Source: a virus
Lineage: Duplodnaviria > Caudoviricetes
Strand: one strand, 5' to 3'
Virus record (IMG/VR): IMGVR_UViG_3300011335_000278
Coordinates: 3,447 to 67,446 of that record
DNA: 64,000 nucleotides
The translations under genes and the position numbers were made by a program. The notes beneath the pieces are model-generated. The model searched no databases. It was not told where the DNA came from and saw only the letters and a list, made by a program, of their open reading frames with translations. Shown here piece after piece: positions 17,483-26,542 of the stretch (position 1 is the first letter of the stretch; every line of letters begins with the position of its first letter).

Positions 17483-17974
17483 TTAAGCCTGTTGTGCTGT
17501 AGGAACGTATGTACCGTCTGATTGCTTAACTATATATCTTATAGTTAAGATACCAGCACCTGAAGTAGCTGTTACGTTAGCTTGAGTAAATGTAATTACC
17601 GCATCAGTTGAACCTACGTTAGAACAAAGAACTGCCGCAGCTGCACTGTTATTACCAAGTAATAAGTTAACAATACCTGTGTTAGTAAATACGCTACCGT
17701 TAGCTGCTGTGTTAATAGCTGTACCATTTACAAACAAAGCGTATGTAGGGGTAGTAGTTGCATAAGCAACTGTTGTATTAAACTGAGCATCTAGAATTTG
17801 TGCTCCAGCTGGCAATGTAAATGCGTATGTTCCAGCAGTAATGTCTGTATAAGCAATAGCAACAGATTGAGCTACAGTAGTTGCGCCCATATTGCGTAGT
17901 GTTCCAGCTGTTGAGCCAGTAGTATTTTTAACGGTTCCTAATAGCCAAGGACCTAAATGCGAAGCTAAACCCAT
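17483..17974 (-). CDS. Probable capsid decoration/spike protein, 163 aa
   Basis: Thr/Ala-rich beta protein (FTLPAGAQILD); strong RBS (aggaga); has its own promoter and terminator. Confidence 0.55.
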   Translation of the reverse strand: MGLASHLGPWLLGTVKNTTGSTAGTLRNMGATTVAQSVAIAYTDITAGTYAFTLPAGAQILDAQFNTTVAYATTTPTYALFVNGTAINTAANGSVFTNTGIVNLLLGNNSAAAAVLCSNVGSTDAVITFTQANVTATSGAGILTIRYIVKQSDGTYVPTAQQA

Positions 17975-17980
17975 GAGAGT

Positions 17981-18058
17981 TCTCCTATATACAAGTTAAG
18001 CTTACTAATCGGTATATCGTCTGCTGGGTGCAGTTTAATAAGCTGGAATTACCCAGAT
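17981..18058 (-). ncRNA. Candidate structured 5' leader RNA (two hairpins with complementary loops)
   Basis: Stems CUGGGU/ACCCAG and AUAUAC/GUAUAU; loop segments AGCUUAUU and AGUAAGCU can form 8 bp; the second stem abuts the SD. Confidence 0.5.
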
Positions 18059-18063
18059 AATTA

Positions 18064-18091
18064 ATCATACTACATTTTAAACTTTGTGCAA
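18064..18091 (-). promoter_or_regulatory. Sigma70-type promoter
   Basis: TTGCAC-16 nt-TATGAT, between the capsid-gene terminator and the leader. Confidence 0.65.
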
Positions 18092-18132
18092 CTATTTTAA
18101 ATGTTTTTTAATGTTTTAAATGTTTTTTAATA

Positions 18133-18161
18133 ATAAAAAACCCCACCTTTTGAGTGGGGTT
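18133..18161 (-). terminator. Intrinsic terminator after the major capsid gene
   Basis: AACCCCAC-7 nt-GUGGGGUU stem followed by a U-run. Confidence 0.8.
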
Positions 18162-18173
18162 CTTATAAAACCA

Positions 18174-19082
18174 TTAAGCTCCGGGTGAACCGTACATGCC
18201 TAATGGATCTGACCAACCAAATGAATAACGCTCACGAGACTTGTAACGTACGTTACCTGTGTCGAAATCGCCATCCATAGAGTTGGATAGTGGTGTACGA
18301 ACAAAGTGCTTCATGCCGTTAGGTACATCAGTACACAAATACCAACCGTTTGAATCGGTTAGGAAGTTGTTAACTGTGTAGCCTTCTGGAATAGAACCGT
18401 TGTTCTTTAACGCATTGATGTCGTTATCAGTTGTACCAACACGGAGTTCAGTCTCTAACAAACGAGTAGCAACGAACTGTAGTGCAGGAGGAACAACCAA
18501 TTTACGAGGCTTAGCTGCAATTAACAAACTACGCTCATCAGTCCAAGCGGCGATTTGAATAACTGCGTTTTCCAACGAAGTCTCATTCAAGTCAGCAGGA
18601 ACAGATGGAGTGTTGCTGTTAAATGCTCCACTAACTAGTGGGTGAGCAGTGCTGAATAAAGCAACGCCATCGCCACCAGCATAAGCTGCGGAGAAGCCGT
18701 TGTTAATAACAGCAGCAGCTTTCACTTGTTTAGTGTAAGCCATAGCACGAGCTAGACCTTTAGTATAGCGAGCTGATAAAGAATCGTAGAGGTTATCTTC
18801 GATTGCTTCTTCAGTCAAGCTAAAGCCAAGGGCGATAGTTTCGTGGTTGTAGCGAGCTGTCCAAGCTTCTTGCGCATTGTCATAAGCAATGGCAGAACCT
18901 TCATTCTTAACCGGAGCGGCTGAGAATCCAGACAGTTTTGTTTCTTCTTCGAACGAACGCTCAGAGGTTTCTGTTTCATAAATCTCTTTGTGTTGTTGTC
19001 CGTAAGTTGCGTACTCCAAACCGAATAATGCATTCAATCCGGGGAGCAACTCTTTCAGTAGTTGTGCGCGTGAAATAGCCAT
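18174..19082 (-). CDS. Major capsid protein, 302 aa
   Basis: MAISRAQLLKELLPGLNALFGLEY...ARYNHETIALGFSLTEEAIEDNLYD...RYKSRERYSFGWSDP; resembles HTVC010P-like capsids (recalled); follows the scaffold and has a strong terminator. Confidence 0.85.
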   Translation of the reverse strand: MAISRAQLLKELLPGLNALFGLEYATYGQQHKEIYETETSERSFEEETKLSGFSAAPVKNEGSAIAYDNAQEAWTARYNHETIALGFSLTEEAIEDNLYDSLSARYTKGLARAMAYTKQVKAAAVINNGFSAAYAGGDGVALFSTAHPLVSGAFNSNTPSVPADLNETSLENAVIQIAAWTDERSLLIAAKPRKLVVPPALQFVATRLLETELRVGTTDNDINALKNNGSIPEGYTVNNFLTDSNGWYLCTDVPNGMKHFVRTPLSNSMDGDFDTGNVRYKSRERYSFGWSDPLGMYGSPGA

Positions 19083-19097
19083 TTAAATTCTCCTAGA

Positions 19098-19949
19098 TTA
19101 AATTGCGTAGTAAGCGTGAACAGTCATATTGAATTTCACGAGTACTTCCGGGGATTGAACTAAAGCAATAGTAGCACTTGCCGATGGAGTTACTGTTGAA
19201 GCAACAGCTGTAAGCGTAGTGCTTCCAGTTGTTGTTACAGTCGTTGCTGCTGTGGTTGCAGACACAATACTCTGTAGTTGACCATTAACACTTTGGAAAA
19301 TATCTGTTCCAATAGGGATATAAAGCCCTACAGGTAATCCAGATACAACAAAAGATGTTGTGGTAGCGCCAGATACATAAGTACAAGAAGTACTAATTTG
19401 TGTATCAGGAACCACGTTTAATACACGCCATACACCACCAGAACCTAGCGCAGTAGTAGTTGCAGAAGCAACAACAGCGGCGGCAGAATTACCAGTAGAA
19501 GTAGAGCCAGTCAACGTGTTACCAACTACGTTTAGACCAACCATGCTTTGTGGCAAGGAAGCGATTGTTGTGCTACCAGCAGCAGCTGTAACTGCAACTT
19601 TAAACACTTGATCAGGGTCATCAGCAATAATAGCAGTAATATCGCCAGCTAATACATTGCCGGGATAGTATTGCGCATATTGACGCTGTTTGGTTGTTGG
19701 GTTTGTGTAATAACATCCCATAAAAATACCAACTGTGCCTTTAACATATGACGCACCTGTTAAAGAAGCACCACCGGGAGCTAGAATAGTATAGCCACCA
19801 GATAGTTGGACAGGATCGCCGTAAAAAATTGCGGTTCCGTAATTGTAGGCAATCGGTTCATTCCGAGTTGACCCAGCAAATACTTGACCCCCAATTAAAT
19901 TAACGGGCTTAATGCCATACGGCGCACTAACGGTAGGATAAGCTGCCAT
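19098..19949 (-). CDS. Capsid cement/decoration-like protein, 283 aa
   Basis: APYGIKPV...IFYGDPV...GIFMGCYYTNP motif; immediately upstream of the capsid gene. Confidence 0.55.
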   Translation of the reverse strand: MAAYPTVSAPYGIKPVNLIGGQVFAGSTRNEPIAYNYGTAIFYGDPVQLSGGYTILAPGGASLTGASYVKGTVGIFMGCYYTNPTTKQRQYAQYYPGNVLAGDITAIIADDPDQVFKVAVTAAAGSTTIASLPQSMVGLNVVGNTLTGSTSTGNSAAAVVASATTTALGSGGVWRVLNVVPDTQISTSCTYVSGATTTSFVVSGLPVGLYIPIGTDIFQSVNGQLQSIVSATTAATTVTTTGSTTLTAVASTVTPSASATIALVQSPEVLVKFNMTVHAYYAI

Positions 19950-19969
19950 TTAAATCTCCATTAATAAAG

Positions 19970-20419
19970 TTAAGTTCCTTTACCAAAGGTACTCGTAGAT
20001 CGTCTCTCGTTAAAGAGCGGCATCCTTGGGTCACTTTGGCGCATTAAATTATTGTCCACAGCATCCGTTTGAGCTCTTGTTTGCTTATCGTAATGTTCGG
20101 TACGTTGAGCAACAAACTCTTCCGGAGTCTTGCAAAGCAATAACCCGCCAATTTCAATGTTGTCTTTAAACTTTCCATCGCCACTGGCTAACAGTCTGTA
20201 CTTGGGTTGTTCTTCAATACCAACCGGCTCCCAACCTTCTCTCAGTTTCGATGAGATATTTCTTGGATCTGCCGCATTAAGTGTTGAAACACGAATCCAT
20301 CTATAAGCGTATCCGGGTTGCTTATCCGGTTCAGGGAGAAGCTCAGGAGGCATCCACTGCTTGGGACGTTCCTGCACGTCACGAGTTTCTATTTCACGGG
20401 TATTTCTATTCGTAGTCAT
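19970..20419 (-). CDS. Conserved head-module protein, 149 aa
   Basis: WMPPELLPEP...YRWIRVS...LREGWEPV...GGLLLCK; between scaffold and capsid genes. Confidence 0.6.
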   Translation of the reverse strand: MTTNRNTREIETRDVQERPKQWMPPELLPEPDKQPGYAYRWIRVSTLNAADPRNISSKLREGWEPVGIEEQPKYRLLASGDGKFKDNIEIGGLLLCKTPEEFVAQRTEHYDKQTRAQTDAVDNNLMRQSDPRMPLFNERRSTSTFGKGT

Positions 20420-20423
20420 GTTA

Positions 20424-21377
20424 CTATTCCTTTATAAGTTCACGAGCGTATTGCTCATTTGTTAGTCCCAACCTTTTAGCAATTGATTGCTGCGATGTTG
20501 TTAGTCTCACCTTTTTCGAAGATGTACTACGACTAGCTGATGCAACTACGGTACTCGGTTTTTGTCGTGGTTTTTCGTCTTCAACCTCTTCAAAATTTTC
20601 AGGAAATCTTTTACGCATAGTTTCGTCTATACGTTTGTAATACTCGTCAGTGGTAGCATACGCCATTCCGTTTTCTTTGACAAGCTTTTCGTGTAGCCCT
20701 AAAGCTAGACTTGTCATTTCATCATCCTGCCCAAACCAAGAGTTTCGGTCTTGCCATGAGGAGGCTTTTTGATCACGGACGGGTTTTTCCGCCTGATTTT
20801 GTATTTTTACTTCATTTTGCTCTTCTTGTAAAGCATTTTTTTGTTGCATGTTTTGTGCAACATTGTCTGCCTTGTCTAATTTAATACGGGCAGTAGTCAT
20901 TTTTTCTTGTGCTTCGACTAGTCTATCGCCATCTCCAGAGTCATAGGCTTCCTTGTATTCCTTTTTAGCCATCTCTAATTCACGCTCTGCAGATGTCTTA
21001 AATGAATCAACAGCATACTTTTCACTGTTGTTAACTCTGCCTTTTAGGTTTTTGTTTTCCTCAAATAACTGTTTAGCAAGAGCTATAGCCTCTTGTCGTT
21101 CACGGTCAGCCTCTTCTGCTCTACGGCGCTCATCGTGATAAATCTTCCTAAATCCAGCTATTTTTTGTTTAGCTGCTTCAGAATATTCATCAAGCTCGTC
21201 ATTTTCCATGCTCTCGACAAATTCAGGCTCTGATGGTGTTCTGCCACGATCCTGTTTAGGAACGTCACTTTCTACCTCAACCTCTATTTTGTCTGCTTCA
21301 TCTGGAAATTTGTATTCTTCAAATGTTGTTTCTTTGGTTTCTGCCATCGTAAGCTCCTTATTTTCGTCTAATACCAC
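20424..21377 (-). CDS. Capsid scaffolding protein; likely start about 21347 (MAETK)
   Basis: Acidic coiled-coil; WQDRNSWFG motif; C-terminal QQSIAKRLGLTNEQYARE; positioned between portal and capsid. Confidence 0.7.
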   Translation of the reverse strand: MVLDENKELTMAETKETTFEEYKFPDEADKIEVEVESDVPKQDRGRTPSEPEFVESMENDELDEYSEAAKQKIAGFRKIYHDERRRAEEADRERQEAIALAKQLFEENKNLKGRVNNSEKYAVDSFKTSAERELEMAKKEYKEAYDSGDGDRLVEAQEKMTTARIKLDKADNVAQNMQQKNALQEEQNEVKIQNQAEKPVRDQKASSWQDRNSWFGQDDEMTSLALGLHEKLVKENGMAYATTDEYYKRIDETMRKRFPENFEEVEDEKPRQKPSTVVASASRSTSSKKVRLTTSQQSIAKRLGLTNEQYARELIKE

Positions 21378-21753
21378 GGGGATCGTCTACTACACCTTCT
21401 ACTGAATCGTCATTAATAATGCGGAACTCTCTGCCATGAATGACTAACCTTGTGCCTGCGTGGGGGCGTACTAGGACAAAATCACCTTTTTTACACCACG
21501 GCCCAGTTGGAAACTTAGCTTTATCAACATAACAATCGGGTCCTAAATCTATTACAAACAACACTGTCGTAAGCGTTTCTTCGTTTCGCATTGTTTCGTC
21601 TGACTTGAGGATGCCTCCATCGTGCTCTTTTTCAGCCTCTGGAATTGCACATAACATGCGATATCCAGATGGTTTTGGGAGCTGTGTTGCTTTCTCTTCG
21701 TTCTTTTTATTCAGAACTAAAGACAAATCTACTGCTTGGGATAAATCATTCAT
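21358..21753 (-). CDS. GroES/Cpn10-like co-chaperonin
   Basis: LPKPSGYRML...GGILKS...VIDLGPDCY...KKGDFVLV...HAGT...FRIINDDSVEGVV matches the GroES fold pattern. Confidence 0.8.
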   Translation of the reverse strand: MNDLSQAVDLSLVLNKKNEEKATQLPKPSGYRMLCAIPEAEKEHDGGILKSDETMRNEETLTTVLFVIDLGPDCYVDKAKFPTGPWCKKGDFVLVRPHAGTRLVIHGREFRIINDDSVEGVVDDPRGIRRK

Positions 21754-21937
21754 CGTCTGCCTTCTCCAATCTATCTTTGAGGTCTAATGCGTAACCCCGT
21801 GCAACTAGCAGACCTCGAATCTCGCCACACGTTCTTTTATACTCTTCGAATAATTCAAAATTACCTGTTGTTACTGCTTCTTTTAGTTGTGCAATTTTTT
21901 CGTCTATCTGCTGTACTAAAATTTCAAGTGCTCTCAT
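21746..21937 (-). CDS. Small conserved head-module protein, 63 aa
   Basis: Coupled between portal and GroES-like genes; EEYKRTCGEIRGL. Confidence 0.65.
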   Translation of the reverse strand: MRALEILVQQIDEKIAQLKEAVTTGNFELFEEYKRTCGEIRGLLVARGYALDLKDRLEKADDE

Positions 21938-24414
21938 TTTTTATTCCCTATTTTTGAACTTCTTTGTCTTGCTGCCATAATGCTTTTTTGCCTATTTGCT
22001 TCTTTATTCATGGCGTTTCGTTCTCTTTCAGCTGCCATGTCAATGCCCATCTGTGTTGCTTGCATCTCGCTGTCTCGATCTAGCTTGTCTTTGTCGTAAG
22101 CCATCTTAGCGCCAGCTTTTTGACCTTCAATATCTATTTGAGCTTGTATACGCTCTCGCTCAATCTGAAGTTGTTGTCCTTTAAGCTGTGCATCCACTTG
22201 ATCTTTTTGGGCTTTACGCTGTACATCTTGCATCTTGATCTGTAATTCTTGTTGTTGCATTTGAATAATTGGATCTTGTTGCTGTTGTTGCGCTTGCTCT
22301 TGAGATGCTTGTGCCATATTCTGCTGGAGTAATTGCGATGATGCTTGAGCAATCAACCTTGAAATCTGGACTTCGTACTCTTCCGGCATTGTATCTTCGT
22401 CTTCCTGTAGATACGGGAGCGGTGCACCCAACTGCTGTTCTATTAGTTGACGATACTTAAATCCAAAGTGTTCTGCTATATGTGCTTGCATAGCAGCCAT
22501 CATTACTTGAGCTTGTGGATTCTGGCCAATAATCTTGGCTGTTAATGGATCTTTTAGGAAGTTTGTATGCGCTGTAATGTGCGCTTCCTGATCCTGATAG
22601 ATAAACGCTTTAAGCGGTTTACTATTAATAACATCCATATTTTCAGTAATCGGATCTTTTGGTTTTTTGTCTTCGGGTAAAGGAATTAACTTCTGTGGGT
22701 TCCGAATACCTAAAACTTCCAACATCTGCCGGTGTAACTGTGGCATGTTATATATCTGTGGTGCACCCTGAGCTAACTGAAGAACCGCCTGATACTGAAC
22801 AATCTTTTGTGCCATGGTTGCAGCATTTGGATCACTGACAGGTATCACGGTAACTAAGTCATAATCCGACTGTTTGGCCTTTGGGCTACCTTCTTCTGGT
22901 TCGTAGTCGTAATCTTCAGGAGTGTAGTCACGGATAATTTCTTTGAGTAACTTTAATTCCTGTTTCATTGAGTAGTGGATACGAGACTGAACCGCACTCA
23001 TTACTTTTAAGGTACGCTCTAATATAGCTAACGTAGTTCCAACAGGAGAGTTGGCTGACATATCAGATATTTTCATATCTGCTGCCGAGGCAAATCTACG
23101 GCCTTCTTCTACAATAGTACCTAATAGACTATACAAAACCTGACTTGGTTCTTTGTAAGGCAGACTCATTAAGTTGTCTTTGAGTGCTCCACTTGGAACG
23201 TCAGCATCACGCCATTCGCCCGGAGCTATTGGCGTGTCGTCTCCTTTGATTCGCAATCCACGGGTTTTAAAGCCACCCGGCAAGTTGGATAGTGTGCCTG
23301 CGTCCACCAATTGACGTATAAGGGAAGTACCAGACTTGGCAAAAGCACCAACAAGATGGATAAGACCAAAACAGTAGAAACCAAAGCCCGGAACATAGCC
23401 ATAATGTACAAAATGCTGTCTTTTTTGATGAGTTTCATCTTCTGGCCTCCAGTTACGCCGAATAGATAAGATAATTTCTGAATCCTTATCTATGGTTACT
23501 ACATACGGTAGAGCAATTCCCGTAGCCTCTCCGTCTTCTTTGTCCTCGTATCCATCTAAGTCTAAGTCAACGTGCATTTCAAGAAGTTTGTAACGGTCAT
23601 CCGTAGTTGCACGGAATCCCATCTTTTCTGCTATCTTTTTTTCTACCTCGTCTAGCGATGAGCTTGCATCGCCTAAGTCTACATCTCGATAAAACCCTGC
23701 ATGCTGTAACCGCTTAACCTCATTCTCGGTTTTTCGCATAACATGCGTTACTCGTGGTGACTGTTCTAGACTTGACGCACCGTAAGGCACGACTATATCT
23801 TCGGCGGGGATAAACATTGATACTTGCCGGTTTAACGCTGGATCAAAGTAGACTTTCTTAAACGCATTACCTGAAAGCCCTAGTCCCCAAATCATCCTCT
23901 CGTGTTCTGGTCGGTACTCAGTCATCACATCTGTCAACTGATAGTTCATGTCATCTTGAACTCTTAGCGCAGCGTCTTTCTTTTCGGGTGTTTCTTTACC
24001 AACAATCTGCGTTTTAACGGGACCCGCAGCTGGGAAAGTTTCCATGATGGTTTCAGCTTGGAACTTAACAAGAGCTTCAGATAAAAGGGGATGATATACA
24101 CCGCAAGCTCCTTCCCATGGTTCGGTTCTTTCTTCAATTCGCATACCCAACAGCTCAAGGCCGTCAACGTAAGTTTGAATCCAATCTTTCCGTGCAGATA
24201 CGTCATCTTCAAAGTCTGACAGAAGCTCACCAGCTATTTCAGTTAGTAATTTTTCGTCTAACTTCTCAGCAAGGTTTGCGTTAAATTCATCTTCTTCTAT
24301 GACATCAATCTCTAACGCTTCTAACCCAACCGGAACTTCAATCTCAATCTCAATATCGGGCATTTCTATTTCTTCGTTTAGCCCAATAGGAGCTGCGTAT
24401 AAACTTTTTTCCAT
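21934..24414 (-). CDS. Portal protein, 826 aa, with a Gln-rich C-terminal coiled coil
   Basis: Follows TerL; PWEGACGVYHPLL, GNAFKKVYFD, HYGYVPGFGFYCFGLIH and GTLSNLPGGFK motifs. Confidence 0.85.
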   Translation of the reverse strand: MEKSLYAAPIGLNEEIEMPDIEIEIEVPVGLEALEIDVIEEDEFNANLAEKLDEKLLTEIAGELLSDFEDDVSARKDWIQTYVDGLELLGMRIEERTEPWEGACGVYHPLLSEALVKFQAETIMETFPAAGPVKTQIVGKETPEKKDAALRVQDDMNYQLTDVMTEYRPEHERMIWGLGLSGNAFKKVYFDPALNRQVSMFIPAEDIVVPYGASSLEQSPRVTHVMRKTENEVKRLQHAGFYRDVDLGDASSSLDEVEKKIAEKMGFRATTDDRYKLLEMHVDLDLDGYEDKEDGEATGIALPYVVTIDKDSEIILSIRRNWRPEDETHQKRQHFVHYGYVPGFGFYCFGLIHLVGAFAKSGTSLIRQLVDAGTLSNLPGGFKTRGLRIKGDDTPIAPGEWRDADVPSGALKDNLMSLPYKEPSQVLYSLLGTIVEEGRRFASAADMKISDMSANSPVGTTLAILERTLKVMSAVQSRIHYSMKQELKLLKEIIRDYTPEDYDYEPEEGSPKAKQSDYDLVTVIPVSDPNAATMAQKIVQYQAVLQLAQGAPQIYNMPQLHRQMLEVLGIRNPQKLIPLPEDKKPKDPITENMDVINSKPLKAFIYQDQEAHITAHTNFLKDPLTAKIIGQNPQAQVMMAAMQAHIAEHFGFKYRQLIEQQLGAPLPYLQEDEDTMPEEYEVQISRLIAQASSQLLQQNMAQASQEQAQQQQQDPIIQMQQQELQIKMQDVQRKAQKDQVDAQLKGQQLQIERERIQAQIDIEGQKAGAKMAYDKDKLDRDSEMQATQMGIDMAAERERNAMNKEANRQKSIMAARQRSSKIGNKK

Positions 24415-24422
24415 AATATGTC

Positions 24423-25910
24423 CTAGTAATATGCTGCTTTACGTCTAAAGGATCTTACTTCGTCCTCCTCATCAGAGGGAAGTTTTAAAAATCCACCTTT
24501 TCTAAATCTAATCAACGCCTGTGTACTGCTGTCCACTAAGTCATCGTGGTCTGAATTTGGAAACGCTGCCATTTCTTCCATAACTTCTTCTGCCCATCTT
24601 GTAGTTGGTGCCCACACCTTCCCAGAAGAAAATAAATCGGATACACTATTAATACGGACTATCTTATCATTACCCCTTGTCGGTGTAAACTCTTGGACGG
24701 GGATACCCATTGCCCGTAATTCAAAAATCAGTGGTGCTCCCGAAGCTTTTGCCTCTACTACAAACGCATCAGGCTCCCATTCTCGGTAATGTTCCATTGC
24801 TTTTTCTTTTAATTCTGGAAATTCCATGCGCCGTTTAAATGCGTCTAACAGAATAACATTGGGATCCGCCTCGTTTTCGTCTTTATAAAACACACCCCAT
24901 GTTGTACACGCTGAATAGTCAGCCCGTTCTGATTTTGTAAACGCAGTATCCCAGCTTTGGATGATAAACTCACACCTTGGCGGTCTTTCTGGCTCCCAAA
25001 TCTTCCACCATTCCCGTTTTATTATCGCACCTTCTTCCGAAGTAGGGTCCTGTTGGTACTGTGCCTGCCATTTTGCAATGGGAAGTTCGTTTCTTAATTT
25101 AAGTAACTCGTCTAAACTCCAAAATTCAGGCCATAATGGTTTTTCTGAGGGCATAATAGCTGGTAACTGGATGATTTCCCACTCATCGCCATCTCTTTCT
25201 ATCATTGATTGCAGGACTTTACCCGTCAAATCCCTTTTTCCCCACCTTGTCATCACGATTACTATACTTCCGCCCGGTTGCAAACGCTGTCTTGGACCAG
25301 ATGTAAACCATTCGTGGACCTTATCGTAGACCGAAGGGTCTCCAGCGGCTAACGCTGCTTCTTGTTCGGAATGTGGGTCATCAATAATAAGCAGATCAGC
25401 TCCTTTACCAGTAACAGTCCCGCCCACACCAATAGCAAAATACTCGCCATTAGAATTAGTGGACCAACGACCAGCAGCTTTACTATCTGACCGCAAACTG
25501 ACATTTGGGAATACCTTTGCATAATGCTCTCCGCCTACTAAGTTTCTGACCTTTCGTCCAAATCCAACCGCCAGCTCGGCTGTATTAGAACACTGAATAA
25601 TTTTTTTATGGGGGTATCTACCCAAGAACCATGCCGGTAGAAGATAACTAGCAAACTCTGACTTTGTATGTCTTGGTGGCATATTAATAATTAATCGCCG
25701 AGTCTTCCCTTCCGCTATCTCTTCGAATTTTTTTGCCATTAGTGCATGGTGTCTACCCAAAATAAATCCGGGCCACATTTCATTAACAAACGTCATAAAG
25801 CTTGTTTGACTCTTTTCCCGCGTCAACGACTCTTGATATGCCTGTGTTATGACTAACAGGTTTTCTCTGTCCGCTTCGTTAAGCCCACTGATAAAAGATT
25901 CAAAGTCCAC
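24423..25910 (-). CDS. terL: Terminase large subunit
   Basis: INMPPRHTKS (Walker A variant), LLIIDDPH (Walker B), QSWDTA nuclease Asp, VEAKASG, HDDLVDS. Confidence 0.95.
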   Translation of the reverse strand: MDFESFISGLNEADRENLLVITQAYQESLTREKSQTSFMTFVNEMWPGFILGRHHALMAKKFEEIAEGKTRRLIINMPPRHTKSEFASYLLPAWFLGRYPHKKIIQCSNTAELAVGFGRKVRNLVGGEHYAKVFPNVSLRSDSKAAGRWSTNSNGEYFAIGVGGTVTGKGADLLIIDDPHSEQEAALAAGDPSVYDKVHEWFTSGPRQRLQPGGSIVIVMTRWGKRDLTGKVLQSMIERDGDEWEIIQLPAIMPSEKPLWPEFWSLDELLKLRNELPIAKWQAQYQQDPTSEEGAIIKREWWKIWEPERPPRCEFIIQSWDTAFTKSERADYSACTTWGVFYKDENEADPNVILLDAFKRRMEFPELKEKAMEHYREWEPDAFVVEAKASGAPLIFELRAMGIPVQEFTPTRGNDKIVRINSVSDLFSSGKVWAPTTRWAEEVMEEMAAFPNSDHDDLVDSSTQALIRFRKGGFLKLPSDEEDEVRSFRRKAAYY

Positions 25911-26145
25911 TAATATCCCTGACCTTTAAATACGATGGGCGAATAGATCTAGCTCTACCCTTTATACCCTTACACACGCCAAGATCAACTAAACTTTTCA
26001 TTTTACGATTTATATTCCCACGGCCTGTTTTGCCAGTTATTCTCATTATGTCATCAATAGACGGACCGAACCCATACTTCTTCCACCATGCATCTATGAT
26101 GTCAAATATTTCTCTTTGCGCTTCTGTCATACCACACCCTCGCAA
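25900..26145 (-). CDS. LexA N-terminal-like winged HTH protein; likely start 26130 (MTEAQ)
   Basis: TEAQREIFDII...YGFGPSIDDIM...GRGNINRKMKSLVDLG...KGRARSIR matches the LexA DNA-binding domain pattern; no peptidase domain. Confidence 0.7.
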   Translation of the reverse strand: MRGCGMTEAQREIFDIIDAWWKKYGFGPSIDDIMRITGKTGRGNINRKMKSLVDLGVCKGIKGRARSIRPSYLKVRDISGL

Positions 26146-26354
26146 ATTACCTCTGCCTCGGTTTCAATCCAAACCCGTGCGCCGCAACTCAATGGTTTGT
26201 GTGGGCTGTACACAATCTTACTAGGACCAAGTATATCTACAGATGTAGCGTATGTATTTGACTTATACGTCTTAACCGTAAGCACAGGGTTATCCGTGCC
26301 GTTTTTTGTGTTCTTTTTTATCTCATGCTGGTTAACATGAATAATCGTCTTCAT
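26127..26354 (-). CDS. Hypothetical phage protein, 75 aa
   Basis: Coupled ORF; MKTIIHVNQH...PLSCGARVWIET. Confidence 0.6.
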   Translation of the reverse strand: MKTIIHVNQHEIKKNTKNGTDNPVLTVKTYKSNTYATSVDILGPSKIVYSPHKPLSCGARVWIETEAEVICEGVV

Positions 26355-26542
26355 TTCTTAGCCTTCTCTATTACTTCATACGTCATTGCTACACTTTCCC
26401 GCAACTTTAAATTCTGAATCATTATGAACATAATCAATTTTAATTTCTTAGGATCTGTATCCATTAAACCAAGCAAGTAATCCAATACCTCTATATGTTC
26501 AACATCATCATTTTTCATACCCCCCCCTATTTTTCTGTCCAA
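26351..26542 (-). CDS. Hypothetical protein; likely start about 26518 (MKNDD)
   Basis: ORF track; ggggggg RBS-like run before the internal ATG. Confidence 0.45.
   Translation of the reverse strand: MDRKIGGGMKNDDVEHIEVLDYLLGLMDTDPKKLKLIMFIMIQNLKLRESVAMTYEVIEKAKK

Noticed and set aside
18096-18130. Short AT-rich tandem repeat (TTTTAAATGTTTTTTAATG, about two copies)
   Set aside because: It is too short and low in complexity to interpret; at most an UP-element-like tract before the 18064-18091 promoter.
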